A DNA stretch of 64,000 nt. Source: Eledone cirrhosa (taxonomy: Eukaryota). Both the position numbers and the translations under genes were made by a program. Positions within the stretch are counted from its first letter, which is position 1. Every line of letters begins with the position of its first letter. A model generated the notes under the pieces. That model was not told the DNA's origin and ran no database searches. It was given only the letters and a program-made list of their open reading frames with translations. The stretch spans positions 272,614,001 to 272,678,000 of the forward strand of contig OZ024742.1 of the NCBI GenBank assembly GCA_964016885.1, given 5' to 3'. Shown here in pieces: positions 39,435 through 51,700 of the stretch.

Positions 39435-39477
39435 ACGATGTACTAGTTTCAAGCTTATTAGCTATCGTCAGCACCGT
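39435..39477 (-). ncRNA. Minimal type I hammerhead ribozyme (unit 1)
   Basis: ACGGTG-CTGACGA-T-AGCT(AATA)AGCT-T-GAA-ACTAGT-A-CATCGT: 6-bp stem I with one G-U, intact core, palindromic stem III. Confidence 0.85.
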
Positions 39478-39886
39478 ATACCTTTCTGCCAGATGGTTGA
39501 ATGTTCGAAAGTATATACTTTCCTTATAAAAATTAACGGCTGAGCAGCCTAATTTGCATATCGAGTGAGTTCAGTCGGCCAGGCGCACCGAAAACGATAA
39601 ATGGAATAGAATGAAACGAAATTTCATTTCTCACTCTTAGTACGGCACTTACTTAAATGTAAGTATGCATGTATACGTACATACATATATGTATACAGAC
39701 GTACAGTAGCATGTATATATATATATATATATACATACAGGCACACATATATATATGCACGTATCAGTTTACCGAACATTTATTATAATGTTCGCTTTGT
39801 TCGTTTGTAAACAAACGAACAGCCTGATTTACGCCGTACAGTGTTCAGGCAACCACGTCACTTTTTTGTTCAACACTGACACAGGA

Positions 39887-39929
39887 ACGATGTACTAGTT
39901 TCAAGCTTGTTAGCTATCGTCAGCACCGT
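39887..39929 (-). ncRNA. Minimal type I hammerhead ribozyme (unit 2)
   Basis: Same as unit 1 except loop II is AACA instead of AATA. Confidence 0.85.
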
Positions 39930-40162
39930 ATACCTTTCTGCCAGATGGTTGAACGTTCGAAAGTATATACTTACCTTATGAAAATTAACGGATGAGCAGT
40001 CTAATTTGCATATCGAGTGAGTTCAGTCGGCCAGGCGGCACTTACAGTACCGCACTTACTTAAACGTAAGTATGTATGTATACGTACATACATACATGTA
40101 TACATACGTACAGTAGCATGTATATATATATATATATATATATATACATACAGGCACACATA

Positions 40163-40872
40163 TTAATTCAAATACATATAGTCTGCGTGTATCGATCTAA
40201 AAAATAATAAATCTATACTCACAGATGTCTATCGGCAACAGCCATGGTGCCCATACAAGTTTAAATATCAAAATTCAAACCTTTTCAGCAGATTAGTCCG
40301 AACTTCAAAAAATAAACTTGTTTCACAAAGGATGGTATACTATTGAAATAATTAATTAATTATGGAATAACTATTTATGAAATAATTATTAGTGAAATAA
40401 TCAATTTTCTGTGATTCTCAATAGGCACCCAGATAAATTGGAGTTACTTCACCTAAGAGAAATATCTTAGGACTGGTCTGTCGCATGCCAAATACATGTG
40501 CTTTTGCACACGACCTTACCAGCATTCTGGTTCATACTCACGGCGCTAGAAATAACAGCCGTTTATATGGGATTACGAATTCAGCTCTACCGAAGGAGCT
40601 GATATAGTATAATTTAGAGTTTTCACTCAGGAGTCAAATACAATTATTAAGCTCTAAGAAATATTTCTGAGCAGTACAATTCTAGTTAATATAAAAAATT
40701 ATGATCGGCCGTTGCCGATATACATCTGTGAGTATAGATTTATTATTTTTTAGATCGATACACGCAGACTACATGTAGTTGAATTAAGGTATTTCTATCT
40801 GGCTAAATTATTGTCAATTTGCAATGAAAACTCATTAGTGTTGATCATAATTTTTTATATTAACTAGAATTA
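40163..40872. repeat. Element with interleaved inverted repeats (~80 bp at 40163-40243 / 40708-40787; ~29 bp at 40678-40706 / 40843-40871)
   Basis: Arms read directly from the sequence. Confidence 0.8.
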
Positions 40873-41432
40873 TATATATATATATAAATATGTGTATGTG
40901 TTTGTGTGTGTGTGTGTGTGTGCGCCTGCGTGTTTGGGTGTGTGTGTGTGCACGCGCGCATGTGTCTATTCCACCACCGCCACCATTAATTGATTTGGCA
41001 GGTGTAAAAAACACATTGATATCAAAGAATCATTGTTCACAGTCTGAAATTAATCAGTCACTCATAGAACCCTTTTGTTTATATAGAGTAATTGAACCCT
41101 GGAATGTGTTCTTTCCTGTGTATATGTAATGATAACCTACTATTTTATCTGTTTTTCTGTTACTCTGTATATTTCTAAAAAATGTTTTTTTTCAAAGAAT
41201 CCCTGTCCGTTAAAATCCCTTGGGCAAGGACCTCTACTCACCCCCAAATATGACCACCTTCCACCATCACCAGAAAAATTAGAAATACAACCGTTTTACA
41301 GGGAGAGTTAGCTTCCCTGATCATTTGTTTTGAATCTAATATTTCTAGTGCTGCAGAAGACATTTCTAGATTAAACATTTTATATATATACGTATACAGA
41401 CATACAGAGACACGCACACTCAAACACACACC

Positions 41433-41551
<119 letters not shown>

Positions 41552-41692
41552 ATTATCTAAATCGGATGTTATTCTCTTTAAGTTGAGATAGTAAATTAAT
41601 TGCCTTTTACATGCAATGATGTGGAACTACATTTTATATAATTCGTCTCCCCAAATCCTACTGCAGTTTATCTCTGCCATACTCAACTTTTT

Positions 41693-41738
<46 letters not shown>

Positions 41739-42165
41739 ACAATTTGGTCATTGTTAGCTGACAGCAAACATTCATACAGAAAACACAATTCTAAAAACAC
41801 GACCGATAATTCTTGTATAAAATTGTATTGCTTAGTCTCTCAGCAGGAATCGACAATTACTGTTGAACGCATCAATAAATTCAGCACACACCACCTCAAA
41901 ATAGTTTTCAATTCCACCTCTTTTGTTTGTTGTAGCACGTTGATTTATTTCTCTATATATCTCATTTTTATACACAATTCTACGTTATGTCTTTAGTTTT
42001 ATTTCCTCGAAAGTTGATTATTACACTTTTTTTTATTTATTATTAATATCTTTATTAATATCTTCATCAATTTTACGACTATTAATATTATTTGTATGCT
42101 TGTATTCGTTGTTATTCTTTTATACACATATATATACATACATATGTATACATATACACACACAC

Positions 42166-42206
<41 letters not shown>

Positions 42207-42669
42207 AATGTATATGTATATATATGTGTGTGTGTGCGTTGCGTTAAATTGCAAAATAAGTTGTGTTTGATAGTTGAATAACTGTATTTTAATATTTATT
42301 CCCTCTATTTGCTATGTGCATCAGTAATTGCAAAAATATGTCCGTGCAGGCCTAATTGCTTTGTATTTAAGACATTATTTTTTCTCTGTCATTGGTTCAA
42401 ATCCTGACATTGTTGGTTTTGTCTTAGATGCTCTCTAATGTTTGATAACGGAGATTAGTGTATCATTGGGGCCATAAAATTTAATTATTCGAGTAACGTT
42501 TTCTCGAAAAAATGTAGCATATTGCCTTTACCAGATTTTCATCATTATGACAATTGCATTGCCATCAAAACCACCTCTACTCTCTTAAATCCTGAAAGTA
42601 GATATTGGGGAATCTTATTTCATTTGTATAAATGCCTGTGAAATACCGTATCTATTATATAATAACACA

Positions 42670-45430
42670 TACCTTTATAGTGAGTCTGGGATAGGTGTTT
42701 ACACTCGGAAAAGGTGTGGGCAACAGTTTACTATCTCTCTCCCCTCCACAGATCCTACAGAGTGAGCTAGTCCTCATTCTCAATATGGTGTCTCACCCAC
42801 TTAGTTCTAAGGGCTTGCTCTTCTGCACTCATTAGCATTCCTTCTGAAGGTTATTTTCATGTCTCCTCTTTTTGACCAGCTACATATCTGTGGATCTCTC
42901 AATTCCGTTTTCTTAAAAAAGGTGCTATGAAGGGTTTTTCATGAAGGCTGCTCTTCCTCTTATTTGTTATTTCCTCCTTAGACATCCCCTTGTCTATTGT
43001 TTTCCTCCTTTTGTACAACTTTAAATGTTGGCTCCGTACTCTCAGACACATATTTGGGCAGACCACGCTTCTCCATCTGAACATAGTCCTCTACGCTGAT
43101 ATGACCTATTTCACTTTCATATATCTTTAAGTAGTGCGTATCAATATCACACCTTTTGTGGAAGATGCCGTAGTTGTCATTAGCTTCCTAGACTTCCTAT
43201 ACATTTTCTGCTGTTCATTAACATTCAATTTTATAAATTTCGCACTGTACATACCACGAGAATTAACTGCACTTATGACATTCCTACTCTTTAGATGTGA
43301 ACTTCTTAGGTTACTTTATCTACCTATATATTCAGATCTTATCAATTACTGCATTTTATTGTTCTTGATGTCATCTGCCTCCAGATCACCCAAATATATG
43401 TATCCCACTTCAATCTCGATTTCCTTTATCATCTCACCCGTTGGTACCTGGATTCCATTGCTTCTGTTCATTTTACCCCTCTTCATCGCTAGGACTCCAA
43501 ACGTATTAACACCAAATTCCATACATATATCATTGCTGAAAATACGGACAGTGTTTACAAGTACATCCAACTCCTGCCTGCTTTTCCCTTTGGGAAAACA
43601 TCGTCCATGATGATAACTTGATTGACGGTAAGCTCTTCTCTTCTTACTCGTGTGCCGCTTTCACTTTTCTCAATATGATTAACAATGTTATAAAGGTAAG
43701 GAGAAACAGAAGTGGACAAGCTATCTACTTGGAAGATACCTCTCTTAATATTCACACCTCCCAAGGATTCTCCACATGATGTTAGCTGTGTTTTCCAGGG
43801 ACTTCATACTATTGCTTAATAGCTGTTTGACTTCATACTATTGCCTAATATCTGTTTGATGTTGTCTGCCACCTTGAAGATCTCTAGGCTTTTGGTTATC
43901 CAATAATGAGGAACCGTATTGAAAGCCTTTTTTTATTTTATCCAGTATGCTTCCCCTTGCAATTTCTTTTACCATCTTGTCAATAAGTAATTTTTTTTTT
44001 GTATCACGGGACTTCTCTCGCATCTTTTCTGTTCGTCCAGCAATAAATTCCTTATGTGGAGGTTATAGTAGATTACCTTAGACACAATAAATGTTAGCAA
44101 TGTTTGCATTGCGGACAGACATGCGATAGGTCTATAGTTAATTTGGTCTTTCATTATCAGAACACCAATAAGTCATTAAACATTGCTATCAATTTTCGGT
44201 GGAGGGATGTTATATTTTGGTCCTATGTCCTTGCACACCATCTTTGCCAGGTGATATCCAGTTGGTTAGTTTCAATCATGATACACAAATCATGTTGTTG
44301 GTGTGCTTTTTTAATAATCTCCTTTTTAACTGTCCCGATCCACATTTCCTGACTATTATTCCACCCCAAAATGCCTTAGTCTGCTCAGCTTCAGGGATCA
44401 CCTCTTTACCTCTCTCCTTCCCTTCAAGCTGTTCAAATAAAATGTTCTAGTTGTTGTCAAACATGCGGTTCTTTCTATATTGTCTAAGAGTTCTCATATC
44501 GCTTAAGCTTTGAATTTCTTGCTAAAACGCATTGCTTAAGTTCCTCTATGCTTATATTTAGCTTTATTCCCGTCGTGCATTTTATTTTCAATCTATTATT
44601 TGTGTCTATCCTTTGTAATTTCCCGTTTAATAAAGAACCAAGCTTTCCAATCCATTTTCTCGTTTCCTTCATTTGATCTATCATTCGCTTCTCCCTCCAA
44701 GGCTCTGTCTTTCCTTGTTTGTTGTTTACTCTTGGTTTTATACCAAGTCATTTTTTCACCACATCTGCGGTTGCTTCGAAGATGTTGTTGCATTGTCGAA
44801 GCTTCTTCGCCTCAAGTTATGTGACGAACCTGTTTACCTTAGCTGTCGTTTCCTTTAACTTTTTCGTGTCTACAAATCTTAGGTTCAAAGATTTTCCATT
44901 ATTATTGTTCATTTTATCTGCAACTAAGTTCAGAATATCAACATAATGTTTCTCATAGACCATCAGCTTCAATACTTCAATCTTCGCATCTTTGTTCAAG
45001 ATGTTATTTATTACAGCATTCAGGGCATTGTCTGATTTGATTGTTTCCTAAGGTCTCTCAACCTCTTCACCCTCATTTCCCACTGGCTCATTTACCTGAC
45101 ATACCCCATTCTCAATTTAAAAGTCAATCTCTCTGCTTATCTCCTGCAGTCCAACTTGCATGTCAATCCATTAGTTCTTATTATATGAGCGTGACCTGAT
45201 AACTGTTGTTCATCTAATGTATATAGACCAACCCTATTCCAGATTTTATGCATCTGTTTCCTGTAGCTTTTTTTCATGGGATCATTCTTCAGGTAACAAG
45301 TCATGATAGTTTTATTCAATACTTTCGGTCAGTTGTTACTTCCCTCATTCCTTCTCCCTACAAAACTCAGCAGTATTTGGAGGACAGCCAGGACCCAGTT
45401 GCTTGTCCAGGGTGCACTTTCTGGGTGAGA
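42670..45430 (-). pseudogene. Old decayed Dong family A-related LINE retaining the N-terminal region
   Basis: NKTIMTCYLKNDPMKKSYRKQMHKIW, LNLRFVDTKKLKETTAKVN, NYRPIACL, KRGIFQVDSLS, IMDD, TVRIFSNDICMEFG. Confidence 0.85.
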
Positions 45431-45692
45431 GACATTCAAATGATATTCCAATCTCCTTTTTCCCGTTATTTAATATATTTATGTTCAACATTTAAAGACT
45501 CATATCGAAGATTAGCGAATTTATGGCTGCACCAACACCAGTGATTTTAGCGTGATACGATGAAGTTAAAGAAAACAAAAAAAAGAAAGTTTCGGGACAA
45601 TTTATGTAACATTCATCTATCATTATTTCGTGCTGTCTTTCATGTTTTCTTAATGTTAGAACTGTTTATGAATAGTTGTTATCATCAGATCA

Positions 45693-45828
45693 TTACTGCC
45701 CTTTACGGTCTGTGTTCAAATCCCGGAGAGGTTAACTTTGCCTTTCATCTTACGTGTCGATAAACTGAAGTACCAGTAATGCACTAATATAATTGCTGGC
45801 CTTTTTAAAAAGTAGAAAGAATTATTAT
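45693..45828 (+). mobile_element. 5'-truncated SINE
   Basis: GTTCAAATCCC...CTTTGCCTTTCATC...AGTAGAAAGAATTATTAT. Confidence 0.8.
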
Positions 45829-46235
45829 CATCAGCATCATTATATTAAAAATAAGCCATTATTATCATCATTTTCATTTTTCAGTGGTAGTTGTGGTGGT
45901 GGGGTTGTGCCATTGTAACTGATTGAATCTGCGATTTTTATTTTTTGTTATCTTTTTCCAAGGTCAGTAATATCGGTCTATAAATTGATTTATGTCAACT
46001 TACATAAGCCACTAGTGTTGTTGTTGTTTCTGATGCTGTATTTGATTTCAGCTAAGTTTTTGTAGCCATAGTAACGAGCCGGGCAGGGGTCTTGCTTTTG
46101 TGCTATCTGCTTGCTCGTTCAAAAATGTTGAATGTTATTTCTTTTTTTGGTTTGTTTTTATCTGTGTTCTGTTTAGTAGTTTTGTGACACATTACATTCT
46201 AAGAAAACTTATGAGATACAATAATAATTAGTATT

Positions 46236-46560
46236 ACTAGCAGAAATACCACCCTTATATATGCGTGTAGATATGATACATCAAATAAAATCGTAAATGA
46301 CAGCATCCACATAAATTGAACGAAGACTGCGTTACACTGTCTTATGTAATCAGTAACGTAATCCATGATACATTAAAAAACACGATATTATATATGAACT
46401 GCATTAGGAGAAAATTAGTGACGGAAATATATGTATGTTTATTTAAGCGATCGCTAACCGGAGTGTTGACATTTGAAAATGTTAAAGAAGTGAATCTTTA
46501 AATAAACAATAGAATATATTTAATCAACAGCTACAAAATTTAGTAGATACACTTTGTAAT
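46236..46560 (-). mobile_element. Possible Helitron-like 3' end; far boundary uncertain
   Basis: Minus strand ends ...GGTATTTCTGCTAG then T, similar to the terminus at 25763. Confidence 0.35.
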
Positions 46561-46592
46561 ATTCATTCATTATTTATTCAAAGTAAACTTAT

Positions 46593-46740
46593 GTAAGGAT
46601 GAAAGGCAAAGTCAATCTCGGAGTTCAAATCCCGCCGAGGTTGACTTTACCTTTCATCCTTACAGGGTCGATAAAATAAAGTACCAGTAATACACTGGGT
46701 AATTGCTGGCCTTGTGCCTAAAGTAGAAACAATTATTTAT
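46593..46740 (+). mobile_element. 5'-truncated SINE with an inverted 29-bp duplication at its 5' junction
   Basis: 46593-46621 is the reverse complement of 46635-46663. Confidence 0.85.
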
Positions 46741-47134
46741 TCAAAGTAATCCAACTTATTTTACTAATCGGATACAAAATTATAAACCGTACGCAGTCCT
46801 GCACTCCTTACTTTATTATAGTTTAGATTATGCCAGGATTGGTGGTGGTGGTGGTGGTTTTGGTGATATTGCCGTTATTTGGCTGTCGTATTTAGTAGAG
46901 GCTGAGGGTTTTTTCCATTTGTAAACATTTTATTTTTTAAATATATAATTTTTAATATAAATGTAAATATTTAAGATCTATTCTCAGAGTTTATGGGACC
47001 TCGCTTCTTAAGGGTAACGGCTAGTTCCTTATATCCCATTTGCAATAAAAATTATTATATCACATGTGTTTTAAATATGTAAAAACCATAAACTTACGAG
47101 AGCGAATCCATCAATGTATATCCGCCAAATAGTA

Positions 47135-48700
47135 GTAATTATTATTATCATTGTTGTGCTATTTCGTTTAGTTCAGTTCTATACTCCATTGCTGGGTTCA
47201 GGCCTTGAACCAAGGGCAATATATGTTTTCATGGTAGAGAGAGGACTCGTCTGATAATATGTGTTGTTCTTAGTAGCTCGATCTTCTGTAGCTCATATTT
47301 GCTGATCTTGCAGTGATGGACGCTAAGGTTCAGGTCTGAGTATTTAGGTATTAATCCTAATGCTTCTGTTACCACAGGGATAGTGTTTGTGGTCATGTTC
47401 CACATGCGGTTGATCTCTATTTCCAGGTCTCTGTATTTTGACAGTTTTTCCACTGTTTTATAGATGTAGTCTTGTCAACAGGTACAGAAATATTTATAAG
47501 GCTACGTGCCCGATCTATTTTCTTTTTTATTATGATATCTCGTCTGTTGGCAGCGATTTCTCGGTTGGTTATGACTGGCATATCCCACGAGATGGATACG
47601 TTACACTTTTCCATGAATTTTTTATATTGATGTTCATACCATTTGTAAGAAGTTTTGTTATCATGAGAGCGGCAGAGCGTCCAGTGCACAAATTTGGCAA
47701 TGGTGTGGTGTCTTTCGATATAGTTAGTTTTTGCTAGTTCTTGACACCCATAGATGACATGATCCACCGTTTCATGTTTGAGGCATACTCTGCACAGAAA
47801 GATAATCCCATATTTCACTATTCTGTGTCTATAGGCCTGAGTGTTTACAGATTGGTCTTGTCAAGCAACTAAGAGTCCTTCAGGTTCTTCTTTCAAACCA
47901 GTACTTCTGGGCCAGGAGAGTGATCCAAGCTGATCGATATTATTATGAGAAATGGTCTCTGGGAATCTACAATGGAGTGTTTTGCCTTCCATTCATGGTT
48001 TAGTTCCTGAAGTTTCTTTGATATTCACATTTATAGCTAGCTGTGCAGCACTCTTGTTTATTTTCTATGGGCATGTCTTGTTCCATTTTCAGATGTTGCC
48101 AAAATATCCTTGCCGCATTTGTGTAGATTCTTAATTCATTCATGCTTGAGGACAGGCATAAGTTCATCTCGGGTGTGGTGAAGGTAGCTATCCAATCCAA
48201 TGGATACTGTTTTGTATGCAGCTTTCAGCTGTCTGAGACCCCTTCCACCTTCCCTCCTTCAGATATACAGTCTGTGTACATCGGCTTCAGGGTGATGCCT
48301 TTTTTTTCATTTTGACAATGGTTACCTTGTCTCATGGTCCAAACTTTTCGGTTCTTGCAGGTTCCACTTTATGATGTTAAAGCTGTATGTTACGACTGGT
48401 AATGCTAGACTGTTAATGGCTTTGAACTTGTTGCAGTTTAGCTCAATTTCTTTAATCACTCTCCTTATGAACTCCTTCTGTATGTTTTCCTTCCTACTTG
48501 CATGCTAGATTCCATTTCCCTCATTAACACAATTATATTTGTAGTTATTTTTGCGTTCGTTTATGGTAGTTGTCGGTCTATTTTAATATATTTATGGTTA
48601 GAGAGCAACCCTCACTTTAATGTGGCTTTTGAACACTTGTCCAGTCCAAATTCCGTATGGATGTCATCATTGAATTGTTTCAGTGTGCAATAAATATTCC
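47135..48700 (-). pseudogene. Decayed 5'-truncated R4/Dong-type LINE (family C)
   Basis: EFGLDKC, CRVCLKHETVDHVIYGC, ERH, ISWDMPV, RRDII, KLSKYRDLEIEI...IPVV; (AAT)n on both sides. Confidence 0.82.
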
Positions 48701-48721
48701 ATTATTATTATTATTATTATT

Positions 48722-51700
48722 GAATGCTATGGTTGACGGAGGCTCGGCTCTGTAAGGTACAGTAATTTTTCACCGCTATAACAATTGTAAATTGTTTAAA
48801 ACTTTAACCAAATTGTAGATAAAAACACCCTCCTCCGCCTGAGAGGGGTCTTTCTGCACGTTATTTGGCCCTTCGGGGTTTAATAACCGCTTATTGGGGT
48901 TCTGTGCCCAATATTCATTTTAAACCAAAAAAAAACATGGCTACAAAAAAGAATTTTCACAAGTCACTCCCACTCATTCCGTCTTCTTCTTCTTCCTCAA
49001 TCGTCACTACATCAGAGAGAAGATTGTCTCTCTCCCTCCCTTCTCTAAATGTGTCTCTCTCCCTCCCGTCTCTTTCGCAAGCGACGCCAGTAAAGAAAAA
49101 GAAAAATATAGTTTCTGATAGTTTCCTCGAGCACGTGCAAACCGAGGAACATTTCTCTACCACGACGACAACGACGAATAATGTTGGCGGTAAATACGAA
49201 AAGCCATTTCATTCGTCTGACGTCATGAATAATAGCAGTAGCAGCCGTAATAACCGCAGCAGCAGCAACACTAGCCGCAACAGCATCAGCAGCAGCAGCA
49301 TAAACAACACTAGCAGCAGCAGCAACAACAATAGCAGCAGCAGCAACAACAACAACAACCACAGCAACAGCGGCGGCAGCAGTCGTAGAACCACCAGCTA
49401 CAAAAAAACTAACAGCAGCTCTGACGACAACAACAACAACAACAACAAGAAAGAAAAACCAATCTTATTTGCAAAGAACCTGGAAACCATCCTTTTAACA
49501 AATGAGGAATTACAGGAATCAAAGAAGATGGTGACGAAAACCGGACACCGAGCAATCTGCAAGGCCGCCGAACATTTTTTCGAAACCCAACAGCACTGTA
49601 CGGTCACGTACCGTACAGTAAGCACAAACTCCCGAAGGGTTGAAAGAGCCTCAGAGGCTCAAATACAAAAAGCCTTAGGGTATGTGTGGCAGCGGAAAAC
49701 GCATATCACCCGAGGCAAGAAATATGCCACCGTAGACGTGCTTTATGCCACACCGCAGGAGGCAAAGGCTCAATCCATAGTGACCCTAATGAGCGAGGAA
49801 ATGGTGTTGGTGCCCTCCTACTGCGGGCAAAAAATTGGAGTACATCGAAGCTGTCCCGGATGTGATAGACTTCGATAACGGCACTCAACTGCCCATAAGT
49901 GTTGAGGGCAAACGCCCGAAATGCTTTCGCTGTGGATCGAAGACTCACCTCAGGGCCTTCTGCAATGAGAAGACCCCGAGAAAGGAGAAAACCCCCCTCC
50001 CTCCTAAACCGGCTCCACTACTACCAGCAACAGGACAAGCGGCAACCAGGAACGATAGGTCCGTGGCACCCATACCCACGCCACGGAAATCAAGAACAGC
50101 AGCAGCGGTGGAAGTATTAACAACAACAACAGTCATACCAACTGCAGCTGCAACAGAGACTCCACTGCAAACATCACCAACAACAACAAGTGAAAGAGTG
50201 GCGCTGGTACCCATCCCAGAATCAGACATGGAGTGTGAGGTGGGAAAGGGATGGCAAAAGGTCGCAAGAAGGCACAAATGCAGAAGCAGCGCAGCGTCGC
50301 CTTCGAAAAGGGAGGAAAGAAATGAAAAAAGGGTAAAGGCTACTTAAAAAAGACTCCCAGCAGCAACACCACCAACACCATCACCACCCACACTACCACC
50401 ACCATCACCACCGGCGACAACCCCGCCGCCACCAACAACAACACCTTCAACACCACCACCACAAGCACCTACATCGCAAACACCACAACAAAACACACAC
50501 ACAAGAAACTAATGACTTACGTAATTGAACACAGACATTTCACAGCACGACTACATAATACCAGCACCAATCAAAACACCAACCAACATAAGACTGGTAA
50601 GAATAGCACAGAAACAATACACAAACATTAAAACGAAATTCCCCAACGCAGTTGATGATTTCAGAGACCTAGGTGGGACTCTCAACCGGAGAGTATATTC
50701 GGACATACACATAGAAGAGCCGACGACCAGCCGAAGGGACGATTCAACGGTCCCTTCACCAGACAATCAAGTGAAAAGGGATGGAGAAACCATCCTTCCT
50801 CTACGAATAGTAAGGTAAGTGATCTTTCCCATCTTTTCCACTCCATTTCAACATGACCTCACTCAGAATAGGCAGCATAAATGAGCGTGGCTTGGGGTCG
50901 TCATGGGAGCAGGGCCACCTGCTCAACGACCTCAGGTCTCTAAACATAGATGTAGTGGCCATCAGCGTGACCAGAATCTCCGAAGCACGAGCCTTCGCAC
51001 CGATCTTCGGCGGCTACGATGTGTACGCATCTCCCAGCCGTCCTGGATCGGGAGGGAGCAGTTGCTGTGCTTTTTCGGAGAGGTTTCGATCTCGCCATAC
51101 GGGCCATCTTCATGGACCCAGAAGGTAAGTTGGTGGTGCTGGACATGACCAGCGGAGATGGGCAGCTTGCAGGCTACGGCGGTCTATGCCCCGACAGGAG
51201 CAGGGTGGCCTGATTTCTTCCGCCGTCTGGAGACCTTTCTTGGAACGTCCCGCTCCTTAGTGTTAGTGGGCGACTGGAACGGGATCTTAGATGCACGCTG
51301 GGACTGTGTCGGATTAGCGGATAGGAGAGGAGGATGCAAGAGCCTCACCAACCTGCTCAGGCGTTTTGAACTTTCTGACAGGTACCGAATGGATTTCCCG
51401 AATGTGCCAATGTGGACTTATCATCCAGATCATATCTAGATAGAGTATTTTGTAGATAAATAGATAGGTCTGGCATAGGCTATCCACAATTCAAGATAGT
51501 CAGCTACACACATCACAAATTCGTGATTTGTGTGCTTGACTTAGATAGGCTTCATAGACGAGGATCCGGGTACTGGTAGCTAAACGCGTCCTTACCAGCA
51601 CGCAAGGTCTACAGAGACCGGATTAGCGAACTAGTTAAGCGGGCGTTGACGGGGGCCATCGTTAACAACAAGTGGTGGTTTGCTCTGAAAAGAGCGATTA

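Larger units (their letters stand above)
39137..40162 (-). repeat. Tandem array of ~452-462-bp non-coding units (about 2.3 copies); each complete unit carries an HHR; retrozyme-like
   Basis: Units start at ~39137, ~39599 and ~40046 (partial); near-identical; no ORF; many hairpins. Confidence 0.85.

Noticed and set aside
39495-39525. Second, opposite-polarity HHR in the tandem unit (GAAAGTATATACTT)
   Set aside because: The palindrome and GAAA are present but there is no CUGANGA core.
39137-40162. CRISPR array
   Set aside because: Eukaryotic context, long near-identical units with no unique spacers, and no cas genes.
49830-49845. ~170-bp ORF1 deletion in Tx1 copy 2 as a spliced-out GT-AG intron
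   Set aside because: The deleted segment is near GTGAGG...CCAG, but the junction retains one extra G (AAATTGGAGT), so it is not a clean splice product.
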